NCBI RefSeq assembly: GCF_009834535.1
Contig: NC_045696.1
Coordinates: 110,052,001 to 110,116,000 of the forward strand
From: Camelus ferus
Lineage: Eukaryota
DNA length: 64,000 nucleotides
Reading direction: 5' to 3'
Below, piece by piece: positions 12,549 through 24,555 of this stretch (the stretch's first letter is position 1; every line of letters begins with the position of its first letter). A program made the position numbers and the translations under genes. The notes beneath the pieces were generated by a model. The model was given only the letters and a program-made list of their open reading frames with translations. It ran no database searches and was not told the DNA's origin.

Positions 12549-13499
12549 TAAAGGTTAGGCCTTATATCTCTTTTTAATCCACAGAATTTTCCCCAAAGCC
12601 ATACATGAAGCAGGCACTCTGTCTGATAAGGGGTCACAATGAATCATGTTCGTACTCAGTTTTCTGGGTGGAGCCTCTCTCTACACTAGCCTGGAGCTCG
12701 TGGAGGGAAAGGCTCACATCCTTTCATTCCCAGTACCTAGGACACTACCTGGAACATAGTAGATTCTTTGTGAACACGAGTCAAAAGATAATGAAAACAG
12801 AGGGGTACCAAATGATCTACCCCGGGGTTGTGGACAGGGGTTTAAAGCAGGGATGTCTCCTAAGAATTCCATTCTCGATAGCTCATTCATTCGGGAAGAG
12901 CTCTACCTGCAAATTGCTTGCGATTTAAGAATTTATGTGAGAGTTTTCCCCACGACAAAATTTAGATTTTGTCTGCTTCTCAGGCACCTTGCCTATCTGG
13001 GCATCTGTGCCCTGGATATCTCAATCAGAATTATCTGCTAATGTTCTTAGTAGAAAAGAACTATCACTTGGTAATTAACTTAGAGCCATGACAGAAGCCT
13101 GTGACATCCGGTGTTTCAGAATGTAACACTGACTCGTGTTCTTATCCCAAGAGATGTGCATGTCATGAAAGTTTCCTTTGGAGCTGCTAGTGGAATCAGC
13201 CAGCAGCATGATGTCCAGGCCTCGTAGCCAAGTGGGGCAAAACTGTGAGAAACAACAGGTCTTCCCCCTGCATCATTAAGTTCCCTGGCAACTGGGGAGA
13301 CGTAGCGCTGCCAGGTCAGGACTGATGTAGAGGCCAGGCTGAGATGCACACAGAAGGGCTGGGTGAGGACAAGCTAGACTGTCCTTCACATTTCCTTTTT
13401 CAGAAATTTTAAATGGAATTTACTAAATAATAGTACAATTTAGTAACAAAATAAATAATTAAGTTATTTAAAAACAGTAGTAAAATGACAATTCATGTT

Positions 13500-13725
13500 T
13501 GGAAGGCATTTTACAACTTATGAAATGATTTTATGCCCTGATCACCTAACTCTTGCAACAGTCCTCAGGGGAGACATTATACTCGTCATCTGTGTACCGC
13601 AGTTAAGGCAAATGAGGCAGCTCTGGGAAGTTAAGCACTCTGTGTAGAGTCACAGAACTACTAAGAGAAGACGGGCGAGCTCAAAGTACATTCTTCAAAT
13701 CCAAATTCCATGCTCTCTTCCACCA
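13500..13725 (-). mobile_element. MIR fragment
   Basis: ctcttgcaacagtcct...aaggcaaatgaggc...gaagttaagc...gagtcacagaacta. Confidence 0.5.
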
Positions 13726-14617
13726 TATGTTTTAGCAAAAGTCCTTTCATATATAAAACTGAATTTACTCATTAAGAGTTAACATTTAAATCTGCATGAG
13801 TCAACAGCTCTCCTAAGTGTGAACATGACTTTCTTCACCTACATTCCTGCCAACTATGTAATGGAATATACTCCAAAGTCATAAAATGGAGTTTCTTTAA
13901 GCTAGTTTGTTCCTCAGTCTTCACTGGCATTGCTTATAATGAGAATATCTTACTAAGGTTTGTTCAGTCTATGTAAGACAGCTGTTGACTTACATAAATT
14001 TAAAAATCATAACTTAGAATGTAAAAGACATTAAATCAATATGACACTTTCAAGGACTTAGGATGCATAAACTTCCCATCACACTTCAAAGTGTTACCGC
14101 CTCAATTTTTTTCTGTGTGAATGAATTAAACTTTAGAACCCAAGAGACCTGTTCTCCCTAGAGAATATTTGCAATTTTTTTCATAATAAAAAAAAATCCA
14201 GCCTCAAATTCTTGATTTGCAAAAGAATTATCCAGCACGTAATGAGGAAGAAATAGTCTTACTTAGAAAATCAAGTTCTAAAATGGGCCCACTGCAGTGA
14301 ACAGTCAGGACCAAGGGCCACTCTTGTGTTTTCTCTTTGCTTTATAATCTTGGCTGGTTCATTCCTTGTGCCCTTTCTTAAAAGAGTAAAAACGGACTTC
14401 CAGTGTATCCTGAAGAGGAACATGAAAGTTCTGCCAGTTCCTAACCCAACAGCACTGTGATTCTGCTGGTTCCCTTCACGGTATCTTCTCTCCTCCTCTT
14501 CCTTCCTAACTGACCTTGATTTTGTTCCAAGATTCATTTTATCACCAGGCAGCTCACGTGGTAGAGGGAAGCTGAAAGCATCTTCAGCTCCAGGATAGCC
14601 CTTCTTTAGTCTATGAC

Positions 14618-14797
14618 AGTGATTCTCAAAGTGTGGTCCCTGGACCAAAGCTTCAGCATCACCGAAAACTTAGAAATGCAAACGATTGTCCCCACCCCAG
14701 ATCAACCGAATCAGGAACTCCAGGGTCTTGCCCGGCAGTCTGTGTTTAAACAGGCCTTCCAGGTGATTCTGTTCCATGATTAAGTTTAAAACCACTG
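14618..14797. mobile_element. MER5A-like hAT-Charlie MITE
   Basis: Termini cagtgattctcaaagtgtggtccc ... agtttaaaaccactg; aggtgattctg motif. Confidence 0.8.
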
Positions 14798-14805
14798 CTC
14801 TAAGC

Positions 14806-14976
14806 AAGTGATTTTTCAACCCTGGTTGAACATTAGAATCACCTGAAACCCAGGCGTCCCCACTCCCTACCCTCTCTCCCAAAGATTCTAATTGATCTGG
14901 GGTGGGGTCTGGGCAAGAAGATTTGTTAAACGCTCTCCAGGTGACTCTAATGTAATCCAGGTTTGCGAAATACTGA
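14806..14976. mobile_element. Second MER5-like MITE, in tandem with the first
   Basis: tttttcaaccctggttgaacattagaatcacctg...gattctaattgatctggggtggg...ccaggtgactctaatg. Confidence 0.75.
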
Positions 14977-15599
14977 TGAAGGCCAATCAGAGTAATCCAG
15001 TCTGTTCTCCTTTTTTTCCCTTTTTTATATTTCAATAAATATAAAAATTACTGGAAAAGAATTCATGGCAAACCAAGATTTGAACCCAAGCAGTCTTAAT
15101 CCAGAATCTGAGTCTTTAACATGGTTGCCACACTGTCACTCTCCAAGGAGGTTGTGGCCAGACAGTGTGGGAGGGGGAAGACACCTCCAGGGGTGGGGGA
15201 GGAAATGAAAACTCTTCATTTCACACATAAACATAATGTAGTATCTTTATGATTGCCTGTAACGTCTAAAAGAGCCTACATTTCTGGAGTCAACACTTGT
15301 TTGGACCTAAATTCCATGTTCGTTATGATTTATATCAACTCTCCCTCATTAACCTCAGGGAAAACTTCCTCTCACTTATCAGGAAAAACGAACCATGCAC
15401 ACAGAACACACTCACCAGCTTCAGCCACTCTGATCTCTCTCCAGCTCCAAAGGGAAGTTCCTTTGTAATATAGGGCCTACCTAGGTAGGAGATGGCGATA
15501 CAGACCAGTTCGCTGAGACTTGGTCCTAAACAATTTAGTGGCAAAAACCCAGGGACCATGTTACCCAGTTACCTACAATCCACCCTAATAGTTCTGTAT

Positions 15600-15746
15600 T
15601 TTATCCACACACGTGCTTCCACATTGTAAGGTCTAATTGATGGTGTATGATGGTTTTACAGTTGAAGCATTTATTCCTTCTCAGTGGTTCATAAAATAAC
15701 AGTGTATCTTATGATTAATGACATCTTATATTTGCTGACATATGGT
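15600..15746. mobile_element. DNA transposon relic (MER113-like)
   Basis: gtggttcataaaataacagtgtatcttatgattaatgacatcttatatttgctgacatatggt. Confidence 0.5.
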
Positions 15747-15887
15747 CATTACATTAAATATATATTGAGGCCCACTATGATTCAAGCTCTAGATTAGACT
15801 GGAGATGGGGGAATGAAAGAATTGGAGTCCCCGTGCTGCGGAGCTGGACAACCTGAAAACAAGCACACGGACACCCAGAGCTAAATA

Positions 15888-16085
15888 CAGCCGATCCTGG
15901 AACAACACAGGTTTGAACTGCACGGGTTCACTTACATGTGGATTTTTTTTTCAATAAATAAATATACACTCTTATCCCACTGTACGAATGCACAGGGCTG
16001 ACTGTAAGGGACTTGAGCATTCATGGAAGTTGGTATCCACAGGAGGTCCTGGAACCAACCCCTCATGGACACTGAGGGATAACTG
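15888..16085 (+). mobile_element. TcMar-Tigger MITE (Tigger2/MER8/MER2-related) with TA target duplications
   Basis: TA|cagccgatcctggaacaacacaggtttgaactgcacgggt ... ggaaccaacccctcatggacactgagggataactg|TA. Confidence 0.85.
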
Positions 16086-16294
16086 TATTTTGTGGGGGAT
16101 GGAATGTCAGTTGTGGTGGCTGGAGCACACTGGGCGTCCACTGCATGGAGTAGTGTGTGTGGGGGGGTGTGTATACGTGTGTATGCTTGTGAAGGAGAGA
16201 AGTGGCTTGAGGCGAGGAGGAAGGGGTAGTCTGGGACCAGACTGTTAACCAGTCTTGAATGCTAACCTAAGGAATTTAGGCTTAAACCCTAGAT

Positions 16295-16753
16295 CAGTGG
16301 TTCTCAGACACTTTGGTCTCATGACATTTTTAATATCTTAAACATTACTGACAACCACAAAGAGTCTTTCTTTATATGGGCTATACCTACTACTATTTAC
16401 CATACTAAAATTTAAAGCTGAGAAATAAAAATTAATCCATTAAAATAACAACAAACTCATTACATGTTAACAAATAACATTTTAAATAAAAAATGACCGT
16501 ATTTTCTAAAACAGAAAAATTAGTGAGAAAGGTGCCATTGTTTTATAGTTTTGTAAATCTCCTTAATATCTGGCTTAGGAAAGACAGCTAGCTGGCTCTC
16601 AGCTTCTGCATTCAATGTGTGGCAATATGATTGAAGAATATGAAGAAAAGCTGGCTTCGTAAAGATATGTAATTGGAAAAGGGAGAGCCTCACAGACTTT
16701 CTGCAAAGGTCTTAGGGTTCCCCAGAGGTTCCGGGACCACATTGTGACTGCTG
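16295..16753. mobile_element. hAT-Charlie non-autonomous element inserted in an L2 relic
   Basis: cagtggttctcagacactttggtctc...ccacaaagagtctttctttatatggg...gggaccacattgtgactgctg. Confidence 0.7.
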
Positions 16754-16759
16754 CTCCTG

Positions 16760-17120
16760 GCAATGCAAAGCCATCAGAAGATCATCAGAAGAGGACAGGC
16801 AGCTGATTCTGCAGCTATGTGAGGACGAATTAGAAGGAGGAGGCCTGAGATTAGGGCAACAAGCAGGGAGACTATTAAAAGGGTCCAGGCGAGACCACGG
16901 GAAGCCCTTCACCAAGCAGAGACAGTGGGGATGCAGAGAAATGAATGGATTCACAAGTTAGAGTCCACGGAAGCTGGGATCCAAATGCACCCAGGCTGGG
17001 GTAGAGAATAAGTCGGGATGACTTCAGGTATTCAGGGTTGGAAATCTGGCTGGATAGTGATGACAGGGTACAGATAAGGCATAAGAAGATCATTTCTGGT
17101 TTTAGCTGGCCAAGAGGCAA
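16760..17120 (-). mobile_element. L2 fragment
   Basis: Purine-rich ggagactattaaaagggtccaggcgagacc...gatgacttcaggt, typical of antisense L2. Confidence 0.6.
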
Positions 17121-18589
17121 AAGATGAGGCAGAAAGAGAAATGATCTGAAGATTTAAGACCATTGACTCAAGGAGATCCAGACAAATGGATGGGCCCTGG
17201 GAAACTTACCTGTTTAAACTGCTATACTCAATACAGTTTCAAATGACATCAACATTGCATTTACCTTGAGAAGGTAAAATTAATTTCTTTTAATATGCAA
17301 ATATCCATGAAAGTTATGGAGAAGCTCCTTAACTCTTCTTAGCCAATAAAGTACACCTTGGCATTAATTAATTTAGTCAGATTGCTTTGTACCTTAATGG
17401 AACACACAAGAACTTCAGATCACAGACCTCAGGACCACAACCGGCCTGGGGAGGTACCACGGTGGGACTCTGGGTCTACTATGGGATAAGGCTAAGCATG
17501 GAGAAAACAGAGGGGAAAGTGTTACTCCCTTGTGGAAGATATTACTATGTGGACATTACTAGTTTAAGAAGTGACTGGAGGGAAGAATAAAGTCACTGGG
17601 TGGCTGGCTGGCAAACATGGCTAGTTAGAGCTGAGACGGGCACCAAAGACATTTCGCTCACTTTAAAGTATTTTCTGGGGCTTCTGCTCAGTTCCAGAGA
17701 TCAGATGAGAGGCAGAACATCCCATCAGAAATAAACCCCACACGCAAGCGGCTTCTCACTACGCCTGGGAGAGACTAGAGTGGTGAGTAATGAGGATTTG
17801 GGGTTGTGTGTAGGTAATTCAGGTCTGAGACAGAGGCACAATCCCCAGGCTCCAGGTAAAGAGGGCAGCGGAGGTGTCTCCTTCACCTTCTAAATTCTGC
17901 AGGTTAGAGGCCCACATCTACACTAGGTGTTTTCCTTCTCTTCCACCTCCTGGGTAAGATAGGGACCCATGGACGGTTCTCTGGGTTGAGCAGAGGGTTA
18001 CTTTGTATGGTCCCACCGTCCAGTATATGCAGAGGATGCAAGAGCAAGTGAGATACCGATGATACAGAGCACGATTTAAGAAATACAAATGCCTGCGTGT
18101 AGAGCAAATGCTTAACTTATTGACAGAATCACTCCCTAACTCCTAAGTATCGAAACATCTTTGATTTAAATAGATATCAGCATTTTAAAAAACCTTATCT
18201 TCATAAGCTTAAAATAATTATCTTAGTCTTCTTCAAAATGCAGTAACAATGAATTTCCAGCACACAGCACCCAGGCAAAGACCAAATCTGTTAACTCAGG
18301 ACTCAGTGCCTCCTCAGTGACGTCGTGTTCTTAAGTTTGTGATGATGTCCTTATTTTCCATTATTACTTTTAAAAAAGTGTGACATGGCCTGGGAAAGGC
18401 AGCCTTGATTATGTAAACTCCCTCCTCTGTAGAATGAGATCAGTGATAATTAAAGCCCCGTTTGCCTTATAAGGTTTGTAAGGATCAAATCGTGGAAGGA
18501 AATGTTTCATGAATCAAAAACCCCATGCAGGGATTAGAGTAGAGCTCCCGAGGAGGCTGTACCCTTCTCCCACAGACAGGAAGGCGCAG

Positions 18590-18780
18590 CGAGGGACAGG
18601 CATTTATGGTAGGTCTTCTATGTGCCACGTTATCTCACTCAACACATCTTATGCAGTGGGTGGTCATATCCCCTTTTGCATATGAGGCACATGGAGGTTA
18701 AGTGACTTACCTAACATAAGGCACCTACTAAGTGGTGGGGACAGAATTTGAACCCTGGTTCGCAGCCCCAAAATCCAGGA
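18590..18780 (-). mobile_element. MIR fragment
   Basis: ccccttttgcatatgagg...gaggttaagtgacttacc...aagtggtgggacagaatttgaaccc. Confidence 0.7.
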
Positions 18781-19309
18781 TTCCTGGCAGTAACTTTGCA
18801 CCTACTTTACTATTCAGGTCTAAAAAGGGAAAATGAATATAAACATTTATTTCTCACATAACCATAAAGCTCTCATCACCACCTAAATCCTCAAGCTCTC
18901 AGTCAGTCCAAGGTATCGTATAAAATGTGTTAAAGTTTCCCAAAGGGCCAAAGCTGCCAGGATGAAACACTCAGGACTAAACTGTGGAATGCAGCCCAGG
19001 AAATAAAATAGAGGCAGAGACACTCAGTTGTAATAAAAGTAAAATATTAAAACCTCAATTGCCCTGCCTGCCAAAGACTGCATCCCTCAGCCCCCATCAG
19101 GCACACAGAAGCCCCAGTGACTGCAATGCAGTGATCCAGAGAGAGCCTAGATTTTTTTTAGCCCTACCTGACATCATTAATAAGACACAAACTTTACCCC
19201 TCATGGGTCAGAACCACCCCCATCTAGTCACAGGGCGAGGCACAGAAGCCACCCTGCTGATTTCTCCCCTGTGTGGTGCAGGCACCAGGCAGCATGGAAA
19301 AACAGCTTA

Positions 19310-19500
19310 AAGAGGTAGAGAGAAACCTGAGTGTGAATTTTCCATCATTCACCACCTGGTCACCCTGGGCCACTCCTTAACGTACGCATCACTAACATGT
19401 CTTCATCTTGAAGCATTTACCTCTGGGATGAATGAGAAGATTCAGGCAAACTGATCAGCAGATGCCTGTGAACACAGTAGGCACACAGGAGGGAGCAGCT
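19310..19500 (+). mobile_element. MIR fragment
   Basis: aaacctgagtgtgaatt...ccctgggccactccttaac...acacagtaggcac. Confidence 0.5.
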
Positions 19501-19589
19501 TAGCTGATAATGAGACTCTTGGACTGGCTCATGTCCTCTAGTGAGTAATTGCTTGAATTTTCTTCCTTTGTAAGCAGATACTCTCTGGT

Positions 19590-20064
19590 AGGCTAAAGTT
19601 GACCATAAACTCCTTCTACTCAACTCCCTTTCAGAGGTGCCGTCCAACCCCTCTCCCCCGGGATCAGGATTGGCCTTAGTGACTTCCTTGGCCAACACAA
19701 TGTGGCTGAAGTATTGCTCTGGGGTTTCCAAGTCTAATTCTTAAGAAGCCTTGTAGATTTTGCCCTGGCCTCATAGCCGCGAGCTGTTGTGTAAGAAGTC
19801 TGACCACCCTGAGGCCACCATGCTGTGAGGAAACCTCACTTTGTTCTGTGAAAAGCCCTGAGGGGAAAAAAAAAAGATGTTGGGCCAGCCCCAGCTGTTC
19901 CAGCCTCCGGGTGCTGGAGTTATTCCAGCCCAGATCCTCGCCACTGTGGAGCAGTCTGCCAATGCCCGACCAAACTGCAGATTCATGAGCAAAATGAATC
20001 ATTGTTGCTGCTTTAAGCTACAAACTTTGTGGTGATTTGTTATGCAACAAAAGATAACCAGAAC
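19590..20064 (+). mobile_element. MaLR LTR (MLT1G/H-like)
   Basis: gtaagaagtctgaccaccctgaggccaccatgctgtgagg; aaactgcagattcatgagcaaaat...tttgttatgcaacaaaagataaccagaac. Confidence 0.85.
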
Positions 20065-20874
20065 CCTCTATCAGTTTTTCCCCCCAAATTAAAAACATCA
20101 GTTTTCTGAGTGACGTAAAGTAACATAATAAGTTTATGTTGACTCTGCAGTTCTCAAGTCTGTTTTAGACACTGAAAAAACATTTTGTTTGTGGACAATG
20201 TTAGTCCAGGCATAACTTAACAACTGGTTGACCAATGACATATATGATATTGTGTGTCTATGTATGCAGGGGTTTACGTTATCTAGGACTTTACTAAATA
20301 TGTAATTCCTCTCATGAGGAAAAAAATGCTACAAATAATAGCCCGTCATCTCAATGAACTTGTGAAAACCATTCCCTGAAGTCAGACTAACTGATCTAGT
20401 GCCCAAGTGCTTCACCCTCTCAGCTCTGTACAAAGCCGGGCTCTAGCCCATAATCAGCTCTCTAGCCATCGGGGTGGTTTATCCAGGGCCGCTACGTACC
20501 TCCTAACTAGCAGGAAACTATCTACTCTCGGCTGCTGGCCTTTATTTCTAGGCAAGTTTGCAAACAATGAAAGTGTTAAGGCAAGGCTGATTTCTGCAGC
20601 TAGCCAGATAATGTCTGAGCAAAATCCCTTCAGCTTTCCAACACTGTGAGCGTGGGAGGATGGGCCTGTTACACCATAAGACTTGACTCTGGACACGAAA
20701 TACTTTTCTGGTGCCTTTCAGATAATATTTGACCTTATGATATTATGCAAACTTTGGGGCACAGAGTCAGCATAGATGAATTCAACAAACGTTCTGCTGC
20801 CTTCCAAATCTACTACGCTTTCTTTCATATCTTGTTTCTTTTGTCTGCAAAACATGCCTCACTTTCTTGAGGGA

Positions 20875-20875
<1 letters not shown>

Positions 20876-20908
<33 letters not shown>
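20876..20908 (+). repeat. (TG)16 microsatellite
   Basis: Perfect dinucleotide run read directly. Confidence 0.97.
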
Positions 20909-20911
<3 letters not shown>

Positions 20912-22113
20912 CCTATTTATCCTTCAAATGTTTCCTCTCCCATCAAGGCAGAGTTAATCATTCCTTGATGACATTGCTTCTTCAATCCATAATGCCTTTT
21001 CTCTAAAAAGTAAGCTTATCATTAAAAAAAAAAATGCAACAAACCCTACAGAATACATGGAGAAAGAACATGAGAGTCTCTGTAACTCTTGGCTATGTTC
21101 CACCAGGCTGAAACCAGGCTGACGTGATCTGTGTTTCAGGGATTAGAATTCAATAGCAAAAATGAGTCAATTAAAACACCCAACCAGAATGCTGTCTGTA
21201 GATAAAGTGCTTTGCACTGGGGGTGCAACATTAACTTGAATTGCTAAATTCTAAAGGCTGACTGGTGATTTGCATCTCAATCTCTTTTCTTGTTACTTTC
21301 TTGGCAAAAGTTAACAAGGAGCCACTCAGCCTAGGAAAGATCGGTCCTCTACCTCAGCAAGAACCAGACAAGCACAATGAACTTCAAGTTTTTCCAACTC
21401 AATGGCTTGATTTGACCCTGAGCGGGCACTGACTATTGTCCTGAATGAGTCAATCTAAATATCAAACCTACCAACTGGTACTGGTTTTTGCATTCATTCA
21501 GTAACAATCCAATCCTAAGGACTATGCAGTCTGTAAGCAGCAACTGGAGTTTTGTGGCACAGTCCCCAAAACACACGAGTGCCATACGGAGACAATCGTA
21601 ACTGAACACTCTTCATTCTACCACCAACCTAAATGAACCACATTTTCACCATTCATTATCTAAGAACACGCGTAACTATGCAAAACATTCCACGTCAAAG
21701 CTGTACAGTCACTGAATGGTACCAGGTTCTAGTTCTATGTGACAAAATCCCACCACCCACCATTTCCTCTCCATGAGAAAACCAGAGAGGATCATGCTGG
21801 AGTATCCCTTACTCCGCCACAAAACCAAGAGGAATCATGTTTTTGACACTCTTTTTCAAAACGTCCCTAACATGCCAATTTAGAATTATCAAAATGAGGT
21901 CTATAGCAATTATGTACAGTAACTGATGCCCAGGGCAACAGAATGACTTAATGCTTGATACTTCAAGTACCTAGAGGAAGCAGATGGAAAATTTACCATC
22001 CTCCCTTACTGATCAAACTCTGGTCTTCCTCCAGAAAGTGTGTAAGTTTCCAGCACTGGACACATAAAAACATTGGTCTATTCTAGGAAAGAAGAAATGT
22101 GACATCAACTTAC

Positions 22114-22153
22114 TTAACAGTTGGCAATAGAGGGCCTGTAAACTTCTCTTCAT
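22114..22153 (-). CDS. TMEM108: TMEM108 first coding segment, MKRSLQALYCQLL + 1 nt (phase-1 intron follows); start of the signal peptide
   Basis: Minus strand reads ATG AAG AGA AGT TTA CAG GCC CTC TAT TGC CAA CTG TTA A|GTAAGT, matching the recalled N-terminus of mammalian TMEM108 (MKRSLQALYCQLLS...). Consensus GTAAGT donor at 22113-22108; ATG has A at -3. Confidence 0.95.
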
Positions 22154-22191
22154 GGTATCATCTGGTCCTGCGTGTCCTCCAGTTTATTCAT
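22150..22191 (-). promoter_or_regulatory. Upstream ORF MNKLEDTQDQMIP*, stop overlapping the main ATG (ATGA)
   Basis: ATG AAT AAA CTG GAG GAC ACG CAG GAC CAG ATG ATA CCA TGA, read directly and entirely inside the exon. Whether it is translated is unknown. Confidence 0.7.
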
Positions 22192-23114
22192 GATTCTGTC
22201 TAGGAAATTGGGAGAAGAAAATCGTTACATCTGGGGAACATAATTCAAGCTAATGATCAGAAGCAAGTCCACTCAACACGATCCTGGTTATAAAGCCTAA
22301 AATACCAGATTCGAAGGGAAAAATTCTTGGGATTGAATATACCACAGTACAGTCTATGTTATAAAACTACCAATTAATCAGTCGGTTAGATCTTGAAACT
22401 ATACACACCACTGAAGCAAACTCATATGGGCAACCAGAGAGTGAGTATCTGGCTCTGGAACTTCTGAGGATGTCCAGTTCATCTCCCCTGAATCTAGTCT
22501 TGAAACAGGAGAAACAAGAAATTTCTAATCTCATATCTACTATGGTGCTCACCAAAAAAGACAAAACATCCCCAAAAGCTTCACTACACTTGAAATTGCA
22601 TTATATTAAACAATTTTTCTATTATTTTCTGATTATAAAAGACACCTTCAGTTTAGAATGTTCAGAAAATATAGCTAAACCAAATATAGATAAGAATATA
22701 TAAGAAGATGCAAATTACCCATCTCTCCAGCCTTTCAAGTGTACATGTCTATTGGTCTGTTTCATTATGTATTATACATTCTAATTTTTCTCCCTAGTGG
22801 TAGAAACATCTTCCTGCATTGTTACTATACTTCACTTTTTAATTTTAATGGCACACAGTATTTTTTCAAGATAAATTCCTAGAAATGAAATCACAAGGAT
22901 ACAATTTAAGTCTCTTGAAATACACTGCCAGATTGTCCTTCATCAACACCACATTATGAGACTCTCCGTTAGACTACAACGTACTGAGTAATGGAAATTT
23001 GTACTTTCTTTCCATCTTTGCCACGTAAATAAGCACATATTCCTTCTCATTGCTTTAATTTGCATTTTATAGGTTTATTAGTCATTTGTCTTTTTAAAAT
23101 TTTAAGTTCACATT

Positions 23115-23567
23115 TGACAAAGTCAGGCTCCCAAACCTTCTCTAGGCCTCTTTGTGCACTTCCTTGTAAAACCTAGTTTTAGCAAGAACACTGCTAAGTC
23201 AGCTTAACTGGAGCTCCTCACCATCAATATATAACCACCCTCAATATCTGATCAGGTTCCTTGACCTCTGCCATCCCCTAGGTGATGACACCATGGCCTG
23301 TCTTCAGTAACAACCCTGTTAGGTTAAATTAGCCAAACCCTTTACCCTGATGCTTCCTCTTAGTAATCTTCTATCCCCTGACTGCCACCCTATTCCCTGG
23401 CTATAAATTCCCACTTGCCCATGCTGTATTCAGAGCTGAACCTAATCTCTTTCCCTCCCTCATTGTAAAATCCCACTCCAGTGGCCCCTGCACCTATCCA
23501 GATGGCCCTGAATAAAGTATGCCTTCTTTAACAAGTGTCATTGTGTCACTGAATATTTTTTAAGACA
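23115..23567 (+). mobile_element. ERV1-type solo LTR (MER39/MER34-group-like)
   Basis: TG...CA ends; ccctgatgcttcctcttagtaat, ggctataaattcccacttg (TATA), AATAAA near 23511. Confidence 0.7.
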
Positions 23568-23639
23568 TTCTTTAACCATTCTCTACTGGCATGCTGGGTT
23601 TTTTTCTTAGAATACCTCAAGTGGAACTGATTTATCTTT

Positions 23640-24555
23640 AAGGATTTTTTGAGATATAATTCATGTATCATAAAATTTAGCCCTGTATATGTTAAGTATA
23701 TAATTCCATGGTTACTAGCATATTCAAAAGTTGTACAACTCTAATCAGTACCTAATTCCAGAACATTTTCATCACTCTAGAAAGAATTCCCATGTTTATT
23801 GGAAGTTACTTCCCATCGTGCCCTCGCCCATTGTGCCAGCTCCTGGCAACCACTACGATGGGTTTGCCTATTCTGTGCATTTCACGTATATAGAATTGTT
23901 ACCAAGGCTGTTGCCTCAAAAATCATACCCCTGAGCTTCCCTCAAATGGAAACCAGTTGCTGTTATCTAAGTTTCAGGAGGAAGCAGCAAAGAGAAAAAA
24001 CAAGAACTGGGTAGAACCAACTAGGCCCAAGATGGCGGAAGATGATGTCCAATAGACCTTGAGCTCACTGTAATACGTTAGCATGATAAATGACACACCC
24101 ACCAGCACAAGACAGTTAACAACTGCCATGAAAACAATTGGAAAAGCCCATACAAGGACCGAAAAGGAGTGTTGCATCAGTTCCAGGTACAAACCACACC
24201 CCTGTTCTCGGATAAGTCATGGAAATTCCTCCCACTCTTTCCAATTCCTTCCCTTTTAACTAGACCCTCCTAGATACATGGTGTCTCTGGTGGAAGTTGA
24301 TTTGCAAACTAAGTTCCTGTTTCTCCATTCTTTGGCCACTGAATAAAGCTTGTGCTGTTCCAGTCTCATTTTCATTCCTGGCTGTGGAATCTGAGAGGAA
24401 ACCGAATCTCTCTGGCCAAGACAAGACCAGGCCTAGGACCCTGGTGGGGGTCAGTCCACCAATTTAGTAACAGAAAGATGTAATACATGGCCTTTTGTGC
24501 TTGGCTCTTCCACTTAGCATAATGTTTTTAAGGTTCATCCATGTTGTAGAGCACA
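23640..24555 (-). mobile_element. L1MB-like 3' fragment split by an LTR
   Basis: ttttgagatataattcat...taattccagaacattttcatcactc; resumes tggccttttgtg...cacttagcataatgttttt after the LTR. Confidence 0.8.
23897..24472 (+). mobile_element. Solo ERV LTR, 576 bp
   Basis: Terminal inverted repeats TGTTAC...GTAACA; near-match 4-bp TSD GAAT/GAAA; AATAAA at ~24342. Confidence 0.85.

Larger units (their letters stand above)
1..22113 (-). other. TMEM108: TMEM108 intron downstream of the start-codon exon (partial)
   Basis: Begins GTAAGT; the large mucin-like next exon was not found in the window; repeat-rich. Confidence 0.85.
22114..22199 (-). other. TMEM108: TMEM108 start-codon exon, 86 nt (46 nt 5'UTR + 40 nt CDS)
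   Basis: Polypyrimidine tract and acceptor ttttcttctcccaatttcctAG|ACAGAATC (AG at 22201-22200); donor GTAAGT. Size agrees with my recollection of human exon 3. Confidence 0.92.

Noticed and set aside
22367..22564. 65-aa minus-strand ORF just upstream of the TMEM108 exon
   Set aside because: Does not resemble TMEM108 protein and lies in the intron before the acceptor at 22200.
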